Made by a program: the position numbers and the translations under genes. The notes beneath the pieces are model-generated. The model was not told the DNA's origin. It saw only the letters and a program-made list of their open reading frames with translations, and ran no database searches. From contig CAZUCH010000001.1 of assembly GCA_964619045.1 (NCBI GenBank), positions 1 through 43,724 on the forward strand: DNA of 43,724 bases. Reading direction: 5' to 3'. Positions 26,695-35,261 of this stretch are shown here, piece by piece (within the stretch, counting starts at the first letter, position 1; every line of letters starts with the position of its first letter). Origin of the DNA: an uncultured Planctomycetales bacterium (GTDB lineage: Bacteria; Planctomycetota; Phycisphaerae; UBA1845; Fen-1342).

Positions 26695-28122
26695 ATGGCT
26701 CGTATTAACACCAATGTCTCCGCGCTGACTGCCCAGAGACACCTGGCTACAGCCTACCGGTCCCTAAACACAACCATGGAACACCTCAGCACCGGCCTCC
26801 GAATCAGCCGCGGCAAGGACGACCCCGCCGGTCTGATCGTTTCGGAACGCCTGCGCAGCGAGATCAGCTCGGTCAATCAGGCCGTCGCAAACACCCAACG
26901 AGCATCGCTGATCGTAGCAACCGCCGAGGGTGCGCTCGACGAGGTGGCCGCACTGCTAAAGGACATCAAGGCCAAAATCCTCGAGGCCGCCAACGAAGGC
27001 GCGTTTTCGGACGAGGAGATCGAGGCCAACCAATTGCAGATCGACTCCGCCATCGACAGCATCACCCGCATCGCCAACACAACCACCTTCGCCGGGCGAA
27101 AACTGCTCGACGGCTCCCTGGCCTACGTCACCAGCGGAGTAAACCTCTCGCAGGTCATGGACCTACAGGTCCATGCCGCCCAATTCGGCTCGCGCACGAG
27201 CATCCCCGTCAACGTCGACGTCTCCGTACCCGCCGAGCAAGCCGAACTCGGCTTCCCATTCCAAGCCCTGACCATCGGGGCCAGCAACGTCACCATCGAG
27301 GTGCGCGGCAATCAGGGTGTCACCACAGTAACATTCGCCAGCGGTGCCAGCGCCACCCAAATCACGGACGCCATCATCGCCGTCGCCGACGCCACCGGAA
27401 TATCGGCCACCCTCTCCAACGCCGGCGCCTCCGGTTTCGTGCTTCACAGCCGAGATTACGGCAGCAAACAGTTCGTCAGCGTACGCGTGCTCTCCCAGAC
27501 GGGAGACTTCGGCGGCTACAACAACGAGAAGGACACCGGGACCGATTCCGTCGCCACCATCAACGGTGCCATGGCCCGCGCCGACGGCAACCGCCTGACA
27601 GTGAAGAACGCCACGATCAGCACCGAGATGGTCGTCGCCGCCGACACGATCTACGGCTCCAGCTTCTCGATCACCGGCGGCGGAGCACTGTTCCAGATCG
27701 GCCCGCAGGTCAACACCAACCAGCAGGTGAACATGGCGATCGACTCCGTAGCCGCAACCCGCCTCGGAACTTCCGAGATCGGCTTCCTGGCCGAGGTCAA
27801 GACCGGCGGCGATTTCGCGCTCACCAGGGAACCTCCACAATACGCCGACGCCTCCCGAATCGTCGACGAGGCCATCACGCGAATATCCGTCCTGCGCGGA
27901 CGGCTCGGCTCCTTCGAGCGGAACACGCTGGATACCAACAAGAACCAGTTGGGTATCACCACTGAGAACCTCCAGTCCGCCGAGTCCGCCATTCGGGACG
28001 CCGACTTCGCCTACGAGACCTCCCGCCTGGCACGTGACCAGATCCTGGTAAACGCGGGCACGACCGTCCTGACCCTGGCCAACCAGACCACGCAGTCAGT
28101 GCTGCGACTCCTGGGCGGATAA
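26695..28122 (+). CDS. fliC: flagellin (copy 1)
   Basis: N-terminus MARINTNVSALTAQRHLATAYRSLNTTMEHLSTGLRISRGKDDPAGL; C-terminus DADFAYETSRLARDQILVNAGTTVLTLANQTTQSVLRLL. The RBS is aaggagga. Confidence 0.9.
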   Translation: MARINTNVSALTAQRHLATAYRSLNTTMEHLSTGLRISRGKDDPAGLIVSERLRSEISSVNQAVANTQRASLIVATAEGALDEVAALLKDIKAKILEAANEGAFSDEEIEANQLQIDSAIDSITRIANTTTFAGRKLLDGSLAYVTSGVNLSQVMDLQVHAAQFGSRTSIPVNVDVSVPAEQAELGFPFQALTIGASNVTIEVRGNQGVTTVTFASGASATQITDAIIAVADATGISATLSNAGASGFVLHSRDYGSKQFVSVRVLSQTGDFGGYNNEKDTGTDSVATINGAMARADGNRLTVKNATISTEMVVAADTIYGSSFSITGGGALFQIGPQVNTNQQVNMAIDSVAATRLGTSEIGFLAEVKTGGDFALTREPPQYADASRIVDEAITRISVLRGRLGSFERNTLDTNKNQLGITTENLQSAESAIRDADFAYETSRLARDQILVNAGTTVLTLANQTTQSVLRLLGG

Positions 28123-28137
28123 GTAGTCAACCAACAC

Positions 28138-28174
28138 GGGTGGCGGCCGGTCTGAGACCCCGCGGCCGCCACCC
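28138..28174 (+). terminator. GC-rich hairpin terminator after flagellin 1
   Basis: gggtggcggccg...cggccgccaccc (12-bp perfect stem) with an inner gtc-tga-gac. It lies 16 nt after the stop. Confidence 0.5.
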
Positions 28175-28350
28175 CCGAGCCACACAACAACATATACAAC
28201 GCCACACAACGGCCGGCGTGCGAAGCCCAAGTACCCTCAGGGGATACCGAATTTCGCCGCCGGCCGTCCTCGTTACACGCGGTCCGAGTTTATAACTAAA
28301 GCCCCCCCGCGATTGGGACGATGCGTCTGTTGTCTTCGAAATGATGCGGT

Positions 28351-28365
28351 CGGCCACAGGAGCCG
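28351..28365 (+). promoter_or_regulatory. candidate CsrA binding site 1 in the flagellin-2 leader (GGA in a hairpin loop)
   Basis: cggc-cacagga-gccg, about 90 nt upstream of ATG 28456. Confidence 0.35.
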
Positions 28366-28434
28366 CCGCAGGGACTTGACAACAGTTTGTAGGCTACGGC
28401 CGGCCAGTTGGACGCCCAACGGCCACCGCAACGC

Positions 28435-28448
28435 CGCCCTTGGAGGCG
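28435..28448 (+). promoter_or_regulatory. candidate CsrA binding site 2, overlapping the flagellin-2 Shine-Dalgarno sequence
   Basis: cgcc-cttgga-ggcg. The GGA and the ggagg SD lie 9-14 nt upstream of ATG 28456. Confidence 0.35.
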
Positions 28449-28455
28449 CAGGCCA

Positions 28456-29868
28456 ATGAGTCGCATCAACACGAACATTCAGTCCATCATTGCCCAGCGC
28501 ATTTACAACGGACAGATTGATACACTCAATGTGTCGTTGGAACGCCTGAGCACCGGTCTGCGCATCAATACCGGCAAGGACGACCCCGCCGGCTTGATCG
28601 CATCAGAGACCATGCGCGCCGAAAAACGCGCTATTCAGGCGGCGCAGGTCAATGTCGCCCGGGCAACAAATGTCGTGGCAGTGGCGGAATCCGGCCTCAC
28701 CGAGATCACAACGCTCCTGAACGATCTCGAGGACTTGGTCGATCGCTCGGCCAATGAGTCCGGTATTAGCGACGAGGAGTCCGCCGCCAACCAGCAGGAA
28801 ATCGACGCCATCCTCCTGTCGATCAACCGCATCGCCAACTCGACCGAGCTGCAAGGCCGCAAGCTGCTACAGGGCGACCTGGCCTACAGCACCTCCGGCG
28901 TCTCCACCGGCGACGTGGCACACCTGCGGCTCAATTCCGCACGTGTCCCGGATGGCGGCTCCCGAAGCGTGGCCATCGATGTCACCTTGGCCGCCTCGCT
29001 CGCTTTCGTCAGCTACACCGGAGGAGCGGTCGGCGCCACACCCGTCACCATCGAGGTCGCGGGAAACCTCGGGACCGAACGTGTCACGCTCGCATCCGCC
29101 AGTGTCGCCGACGTCGCAGCAGCCATCAACCAATCAACCGGCGTCACCGGCGTGTCGGCCGTCGTCAGTGGCACGTCCGTCGTCATGACCAGCACCAAGT
29201 ACGGCACCTCGGAATTCGTGCGCGTCAGAACGCTCAGCGGCACCTTCGCGATGGGACCCGCCGACGGATTCGACGAGGGCGCCGATGTCCAGGCCAATGT
29301 CAACGGCCAATCCGTCACCGGCACCGGCCGGACGGTCGGCGTCCGCACCGGAACTCTCGACGCCGATATCAAGCTCTCAGCCGCATTCGCCAGCGATTCC
29401 GCCGGCGGCACCACCACCTTCTCCATCACCGGCGGAGGGGCACACTTCATGATCGCCCCCAAGCTCGATCTAAACGGCCTGGCATCACTCGGTATCTCCT
29501 CCGTCAGCACCAGCTCCCTCGGCGACTCCGACGACGGCTTCCTGTTCGAACTGGGAAGCGGCGAGGCCAATGCTATCAACCAGAAAAACTACTCCCAAGC
29601 GCAGGCGGTCATCCGCAACTCACTCTCGCAGGTCGTTTCCCTACGCGCTCGCCTCGGTTCGTTCGAGAAGAACACCCTCGATACCAGCAAGAACTCACTC
29701 GCAATCCAGTTCGAAAACCTCGCGGCGGCCGAGAGCATCATCCGGGACACCGATTTTGCCCAGGAAGCGAGCAACCTCACGCGGCAGCAAATCCTGGTCC
29801 AGTCCGCCAGCAACGTGCTGAGACTCGCAAACGCGCAGCCGCAACAGGTACTCTCCTTGCTCCAGTAG
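28456..29868 (+). CDS. fliC: flagellin (copy 2)
   Basis: N-terminus MSRINTNIQSIIAQRIYNGQIDTLNVSLERLSTGLRINTGKDDPAGL; C-terminus DTDFAQEASNLTRQQILVQSASNVLRLANAQPQQVLSLLQ. The start is an internal ATG of track ORF 28408..29868. Confidence 0.9.
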   Translation: MSRINTNIQSIIAQRIYNGQIDTLNVSLERLSTGLRINTGKDDPAGLIASETMRAEKRAIQAAQVNVARATNVVAVAESGLTEITTLLNDLEDLVDRSANESGISDEESAANQQEIDAILLSINRIANSTELQGRKLLQGDLAYSTSGVSTGDVAHLRLNSARVPDGGSRSVAIDVTLAASLAFVSYTGGAVGATPVTIEVAGNLGTERVTLASASVADVAAAINQSTGVTGVSAVVSGTSVVMTSTKYGTSEFVRVRTLSGTFAMGPADGFDEGADVQANVNGQSVTGTGRTVGVRTGTLDADIKLSAAFASDSAGGTTTFSITGGGAHFMIAPKLDLNGLASLGISSVSTSSLGDSDDGFLFELGSGEANAINQKNYSQAQAVIRNSLSQVVSLRARLGSFEKNTLDTSKNSLAIQFENLAAAESIIRDTDFAQEASNLTRQQILVQSASNVLRLANAQPQQVLSLLQ

Positions 29869-29908
29869 AGTCCCGAAACCGTCCTCCCATTGTTTCGATG
29901 CCATCCCT

Positions 29909-29946
29909 GACAGGCCTCGGTGAGAACCGGGGCCTGTCCCTTTGTT
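29909..29946 (+). terminator. rho-independent terminator after flagellin 2
   Basis: gacaggcctcgg-tgagaa-ccggggcctgtc (12-bp stem including one G-U pair) followed by cctttgtt. Confidence 0.6.
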
Positions 29947-30003
29947 GGCGCCGAGACCATCCCACAGAATCGCCAAACCGCCGCGATCGCCCAAAATAAG
30001 CCC

Positions 30004-31515
30004 TTATAGCAGCGGCGTCAGCAGCCGAGCCGCCCCCTCCCCAAGCCGACGCAGCCCACCCCGGTGCCAAACTTCATGCGGCGGAATCGCCCGTGCGCGC
30101 GCACAGAACCCATCGATCGACTCGGCCAGTTCCGTTACCAGACCTTGATCGTAAATCAGAGCCGTTATTTCAAAATTCAACTTGAAACTACGCACGTCAA
30201 CGTTGGCCGATCCAAGCATGCACCAGCGGTCGTCCACCGTTATCACCTTCGAATGCAGAACTCCGGCGTCATACTCGTGAATCTCCACCCCAACCTCAAG
30301 CAACTCCGCGTAGTAGCTACGCCCCGCCCACAGCGACAACACCGAGTCGCTCCGTGACGGCAACACCAGCTTCACTCGTACCCCACGGTAACAGGCATGC
30401 GCCAACGCCATACGAACAGCCGGGTCCGGCACGAAGTACGGCGTCGAGATGCGAATCGACGACCGAGCCGACGAAACCGCCGCAAACAGTATCTGCCCAA
30501 GCACGTTGGCGCTGTGATCCGGGCCCGTCGGCAGGATCTGCACGATCGAATCACCAGCCCGCTCCGGCCGCGGGAAACAGCGCTCGCTGTCCAGACGCTC
30601 ATGCGTGGCCAGATACCAGTCCTCGGCGAACGTCTGTTGCAGGAACAGGGCTGCCGGCCCACTCAGCCGCATGTGCGTGTCGTACCAGGGACTCAGGTGC
30701 CGCCGGCGACCGCGGTACTCGTCACCGATGTTCTGACTGCCCGTGAAGGCCACTTGGCCATCAACAACCACCACCTTGCGGTGATTACGCAGGTGTATGC
30801 TCCACTTCTTCCTCAGCGGCAGCGGGCGCGGCGGCAGGAAGAACGCCACCTGAACACCGGCCTCTACCAGCGGCCGCAGGAAACCGCGCCCCAGCCACCA
30901 ACAGCCCACCGCGTCCAATAACAGGCGACACTCGACACCCGCTCGGGCTCGGTCGATCAACGCCGCCCGGAACCGACGCCCGGTCTCATCCTCCCGCCAG
31001 ATGTAGTACTCCATGTGAACGTGGCGTTGGGCCGCACGTATCGCATCCTCCAGGGCCTCGTAGGTCGCCTCGGCCTCCAGGAGAATGCGTACGTCGTTGC
31101 CGCCGATCGCCGGCATATCGGCCAGGCGCCGCCCCAGCCGCTCGATGCCCTCGATATCCGCCGACAGCTTCGGCCGCGCCGGCTCATCCCGAACGCCCGC
31201 TTGCTCGTGTGTCCGCTGCTTGAGCTTGGCCAGCAGATGTGCCACGCGCCGCCGCCGGCGACCAGCCTTGCGCTGCAGCCGATCCGGCGACAGAAGCCAA
31301 TAGAGCACGATTCCCAACACCGGGAGCGTGGCTATCGCGAAGATCCACGCCACCATCTCCGTTGGCTCCCGCCGGCGACGCAACACCCTGACCACGCACA
31401 CCGCGGCCAGGAGGTAATTCGCAAGCAGAGCCCAGAGCGCCGGATGTGGCATATCGACAGTGTGCGTACCGCCGCCGAGCATGTCAACGCAGTCCGTCAC
31501 ACGACCGCCCCACAA
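30004..31515 (-). CDS. cls: cardiolipin synthase (two PLD HKD motifs)
   Basis: HRKVVVVDGQVAFTGSQNIGDEY and HSKVITVDDRWCMLGSANVDVRS, with two N-terminal TM helices. The true start may be a downstream ATG (e.g. MPHPALWALL.. at 31452). Confidence 0.85.
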   Translation of the reverse strand: MWGGRVTDCVDMLGGGTHTVDMPHPALWALLANYLLAAVCVVRVLRRRREPTEMVAWIFAIATLPVLGIVLYWLLSPDRLQRKAGRRRRRVAHLLAKLKQRTHEQAGVRDEPARPKLSADIEGIERLGRRLADMPAIGGNDVRILLEAEATYEALEDAIRAAQRHVHMEYYIWREDETGRRFRAALIDRARAGVECRLLLDAVGCWWLGRGFLRPLVEAGVQVAFFLPPRPLPLRKKWSIHLRNHRKVVVVDGQVAFTGSQNIGDEYRGRRRHLSPWYDTHMRLSGPAALFLQQTFAEDWYLATHERLDSERCFPRPERAGDSIVQILPTGPDHSANVLGQILFAAVSSARSSIRISTPYFVPDPAVRMALAHACYRGVRVKLVLPSRSDSVLSLWAGRSYYAELLEVGVEIHEYDAGVLHSKVITVDDRWCMLGSANVDVRSFKLNFEITALIYDQGLVTELAESIDGFCARARAIPPHEVWHRGGLRRLGEGAARLLTPLL

Positions 31516-31636
31516 CTTGGACTCATCGGGCTTTGCCGGGAGACTCCAACCGCCAAGGGACTACGAAACCGAGCCCAAGAGCATGCCGACGCGAAAGGCC
31601 GTCGGCATGGCACCCGTGAGCGGCTAGAATAGAGCC

Positions 31637-32809
31637 ATGGCCAAGAAACGGTCCACGAAACGCAAGCTACGCGTCGGCTTCAAGGCCAATCGCCAGGCCC
31701 GCGGGCGCTCCAACGACTGGACACGCCAATACAAAGCCGGCGAAGAACAGATCGAAGACACTCAGAACCGCGAATCCGTCCGCGCCAAGGGCGAACTCTC
31801 TCGCAAACGCACCATCATCGTCGACGAGAACGACCTCCCGGTAATCAACCAGTCACAATGGCGACCCGCCCTCGTCATCAGGGTCCACGGCCTCATCTGC
31901 CACGTCATTGACGACGACGACAACCAATGGCAGTGTACCGTTCGACGAATCCTCCGCACACGACAAATCGACCGCCGCTCACCCGTCTCGGTCGGCGACC
32001 GCGTCTGGCTCTCGGACCAATCCGCCTCATCCTCCGGCGACCAACGAGTCGGCGTCATCGAGCAAGTCGCCCCACGCACCACAACCCTCTCACGCCGCGA
32101 TCGCCGTAAACGCGAACACACCATCGTAGCCAACGCCGACCAATTGCTCGCCGTCGTCAGCGTGGCCGAACCGCGACTACGACCGCACCTCGTCGATCGC
32201 TACATCGTCGCCGCTCTGAAGGGCAATCTACACCCCATCCTGTGCTTCAACAAAATCGACCTCCTGGCCACCGGCAACCTGCTGACCGAGGAGGACGACG
32301 GCAACGCCGGCAACCCCGTCGACGACGCCATCCAGGAATTCCGCGACCTGGGCTACCAGTGCATCCCAACCAGCATCGTCACCGGCCAGGGCGTGGACGA
32401 CCTGCGCGACGCCCTCCAAGACCGCATGACAATACTCGCCGGCCAGAGCGGCGTCGGCAAGAGTTCGCTCATCAACCTCATCCAGCCCGGCCTCAACCTC
32501 AAGACCTGCGACGTCAGCAGCGAGAACGAAAAGGGCCGCCACACCACCACACTCGCCGAACTGTTCCCCCTAGACATCGGCGGCTGCGTTATAGACACCC
32601 CCGGCGTGCGGGCTTTCGACCTGTGGGCTGTCGAGCCCGGCGAACTCGAGGTCTTCTTCGTCGAACTGGTCCCCTACGTCCAGAAATGCCACTTCAACGA
32701 CTGCACCCACCGCCACGAAGAGGGCTGCGCGGTGGTCGAAGCCGTCCAATCCGGCCACATCAGCACACGCCGCTACTTCAGCTACCTCAAGATGTTCGCT
32801 GACGCCTAG
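31637..32809 (+). CDS. rsgA: ribosome small-subunit-dependent GTPase A
   Basis: Circularly permuted GTPase motifs (FNKIDL, GQSGVGKSSLINLI, DTPGVR) and a C-terminal zinc knuckle (CHFNDCTHRHEEGCAV). There is a basic N-terminal extension. Confidence 0.9.
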   Translation: MAKKRSTKRKLRVGFKANRQARGRSNDWTRQYKAGEEQIEDTQNRESVRAKGELSRKRTIIVDENDLPVINQSQWRPALVIRVHGLICHVIDDDDNQWQCTVRRILRTRQIDRRSPVSVGDRVWLSDQSASSSGDQRVGVIEQVAPRTTTLSRRDRRKREHTIVANADQLLAVVSVAEPRLRPHLVDRYIVAALKGNLHPILCFNKIDLLATGNLLTEEDDGNAGNPVDDAIQEFRDLGYQCIPTSIVTGQGVDDLRDALQDRMTILAGQSGVGKSSLINLIQPGLNLKTCDVSSENEKGRHTTTLAELFPLDIGGCVIDTPGVRAFDLWAVEPGELEVFFVELVPYVQKCHFNDCTHRHEEGCAVVEAVQSGHISTRRYFSYLKMFADA

Positions 32810-32895
32810 CACCCCGCCCACACACCGTCGCCGCGCTCCCTCCCCTCGCGCAAGCGAGTAGATGCGTCTTGGAGCGCCAATTCGCCCCAGAGCAC

Positions 32896-32923
32896 TTGAA
32901 GGCACGCGTTGGGTTAGTATAAT
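32896..32923 (+). promoter_or_regulatory. sigma70-type promoter candidate for the tRNA, TTGAAG-16 nt-TATAAT
   Basis: ttgaag at 32896-32901 and a perfect tataat at 32918-32923, about 38 nt upstream of the tRNA 5' end. Confidence 0.5.
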
Positions 32924-32961
32924 GGGGGATTCAACGGTCGTCGGTGTTTGCCGCCGATGCC

Positions 32962-33034
32962 GCCTCGGTAGCTCAGTTGGCAGAGCAGCTGGCTCTTAAC
33001 CAGCGGGTCCTAGGTTCGAGCCCTAGCCGAGGCA
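32962..33034 (+). tRNA. tRNA-Lys (anticodon CTT)
   Basis: Cloverleaf folded by hand. The acceptor stem is gcctcgg/ccgaggc. The D-arm is gctc-agttggca-gagc. The anticodon arm is gctgg-ctCTTaa-ccagc. The T-arm is ctagg-ttcgagc-cctag. The discriminator base is A and no CCA is encoded. Confidence 0.9.
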
Positions 33035-33044
33035 ATCACAAAAC

Positions 33045-33090
33045 ACGCCCGGGCGAGGATTCACGAATCCCGACCCGGGCGTCTTTTATT
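33045..33090. terminator. rho-independent terminator after the tRNA, possibly bidirectional
   Basis: acgcccggg-cga-ggatt-cacg-aatcc-cga-cccgggcgt followed by cttttatt. It lies between the tRNA (+) and the convergent 33188..35158 gene (-). Confidence 0.65.
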
Positions 33091-33187
33091 CTCGCGGGGC
33101 ACCGAAGAGTCGCAGGCTTCAGCGTGCGCGGAGCCGCGCGGGCTCAATCCCGCGGCTCTTTGGTCGGGGCACTTGTGAGGCGCGGCG

Positions 33188-35158
33188 CTAGTCGCCGAAG
33201 ATGTCGTCTTCGCTTTCGTCGCTCTCTTCTTCTTCAAAGAACGACTCGTCGTCCGTTTCTTCGTCGAGGAAGCCGGCATCTTTCTCTTCACCCGCGTCGG
33301 GTCCGCCGGTCGCCGAACTCGTCCCGCTCAGATGATCGCGGAAAGCGACGTACGACTGGGCGTACGGCAGCTTGTCGCCGGCCAGCTCGACCGCTTGCTG
33401 AATCAGCACGAGCGCCTGGCTCGTATGCACCGCCGCCGCCGCGCTGTCCAACCGGGCCAACAGGTGGTGAGCCGCCGCCTGAGCCGCGATCGGCACCCAC
33501 GCGGTAGGTTCGTTCTCCAGCTTCTGCGCCATTTCCTGGTACGTCGCGCGGGCGATCTCGACGGTTTCCGACCCGGACGAGCGAGCCGTGTCGATCCGCG
33601 CTAGGAAGTCGCTGTCGTCGAACTCGAAGGCCGGATTGGTCTCCTCCAGCAGCCCCACGTCATTGAGCAGGGCCTCTGTGTACTCGACACGCTGGGCATG
33701 GATGCGCCCGACCAGAACGCGTGCCGCCGCCTCCGCGCTGCGGGGCTGTTGCTCGGTATAGGGATCCGCCAGAATCATCCTCAGACGCTCGTTGAGACGC
33801 TCGGGATCACGCTCGCGCTGCGCCGTGCGAGCCGCGCTGAGCCAGGCGTCGACGGCCCGCCGCGACTTCTGGAACGCCGCAACGGCTTTCTCCGCCGCTC
33901 GCAGCGCTTGGTCTTCTTTCTCGAACGCGCTCTGGTCTAGGGTCTCGATGCGGGCCGCGATCTCCTCTTGCCGCTCTTCCAGGGTAGCCTGCCGTTGCTG
34001 ATATTTGGCCACCTCCACACTCGCACGCTGCCCGGCCTCGGTCACGTACGCAATATGGCCCGCCAGCGACACATTGGCCCGATCCCAGCGGCGCGACAAC
34101 TCCTCGGCAACCTGCAACTGCTCGCGCAGCACGGCCAAACCAGGATGTTCCTCTCCTCCATGGATCTCGGCCGTGCAGAGATCGTCGCCGATAAGCTCCG
34201 CGCCGCGCCGCGCTCCGTGGCGCAGTTCCTGTTCGCGGGTCTGCAACAAACGCACACGCTCGGACAACTCCAGAAAAACCCGCCGATAGGCCGCGAACGA
34301 CTCGTCGTCGCCGGCAACGAAACTCTGATCCTCGACTTGTCGCAACTCCTCGGTCGCCTCCTGGAGCCGAGCCTCGACCTGCTCCAAGGCTCGCTCACGT
34401 TCGGCGACTTGCTCACCCAGAGTACGCACACGCTCCGCCACCGGACCGCGACCGTCGGATACGGCGGTCAGATCCTCACGCAACCCCCCAAGAATCGGGT
34501 CCACATCGTACCCGGCGAATTGGTCCATCAACCCCTGCGTGATCTTCCAGTCCGAACCGGCCTTCAACAACGCCCCCTGCGCTTCCGCCTGCTCGATGCG
34601 CAGTACGCGTGCCTCGGCCAACAGTGTCGCGGCCTGAGCATACTCGGCCATCCCCAACACCTGCGCGACGCCCACCGCGCCGTCAGCGGTCGACACCGCC
34701 GCGCGCGCGTCCTTCAGCGCCGCGTCCAACAGCGTCGAGTTGTCCTTCAGGCTCGCCTCGAAGCCCGCCAACGCCTGGCGAATCCCCGACACACTGACCG
34801 CCACCGGCTGACCACGCTCGACAATCAGATCATTCTCTTCCGCTTGCCGCTGGGCCGCCTGCATTAATTGGGAATAGCGACCGCGGACATCTTCCAGCGT
34901 CTCGCGAGCCGACTCGACGACCGGATCCAGTTCGGCCTCGGCTATTCCAGCCCTGTCCACGAGCCTGTCCAACTGCGGCAGCACCAAGCTGACACGTGCC
35001 AGCTCACGCAGCGCCAGGGCGGACTGCTCACGCGCCGCCGAAGCATCCTTGCGCTCCGTCGAGGTCATCATTGCGGGTGCGAAAACACCAGCGGCGGCGA
35101 TCAGAATGGCCAGCGCGACGCCGACGAGGATAGGCTGTTTCACGACGCTCCTCCGCAT
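33188..35158 (-). CDS. membrane-anchored, largely helical/coiled-coil protein with a strongly acidic C-terminal tail
   Basis: 656 aa. The N-terminal anchor is MRRSVVKQPILVGVALAILIAAAGVFAPAMM. Long A/E/R/L-rich helical stretches follow. The tail is ..DAGEEKDAGFLDEETDDESFFEEEESDESEDDIFGD. I recognise no family. Confidence 0.7.
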   Translation of the reverse strand: MRRSVVKQPILVGVALAILIAAAGVFAPAMMTSTERKDASAAREQSALALRELARVSLVLPQLDRLVDRAGIAEAELDPVVESARETLEDVRGRYSQLMQAAQRQAEENDLIVERGQPVAVSVSGIRQALAGFEASLKDNSTLLDAALKDARAAVSTADGAVGVAQVLGMAEYAQAATLLAEARVLRIEQAEAQGALLKAGSDWKITQGLMDQFAGYDVDPILGGLREDLTAVSDGRGPVAERVRTLGEQVAERERALEQVEARLQEATEELRQVEDQSFVAGDDESFAAYRRVFLELSERVRLLQTREQELRHGARRGAELIGDDLCTAEIHGGEEHPGLAVLREQLQVAEELSRRWDRANVSLAGHIAYVTEAGQRASVEVAKYQQRQATLEERQEEIAARIETLDQSAFEKEDQALRAAEKAVAAFQKSRRAVDAWLSAARTAQRERDPERLNERLRMILADPYTEQQPRSAEAAARVLVGRIHAQRVEYTEALLNDVGLLEETNPAFEFDDSDFLARIDTARSSGSETVEIARATYQEMAQKLENEPTAWVPIAAQAAAHHLLARLDSAAAAVHTSQALVLIQQAVELAGDKLPYAQSYVAFRDHLSGTSSATGGPDAGEEKDAGFLDEETDDESFFEEEESDESEDDIFGD

Positions 35159-35261
35159 ACAAACCCTGGGCCACGCGCCGCAACATACGAACAGTGCGGC
35201 CCGTAGCGGGCGGATTCACCGATTATTCTCTAGCGCTGTGTAACCTGCCGCGCCGGTGCTG

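Noticed and set aside
28297-28324. Sigma28-like motif TAAA-N16-GACGATGC upstream of flagellin 2.
   Set aside because: Only 5 of 8 positions match in the -10 element and the spacer is one nt too long. I found no comparable motif upstream of flagellin 1. I keep it as a weak possibility, not an annotated feature.
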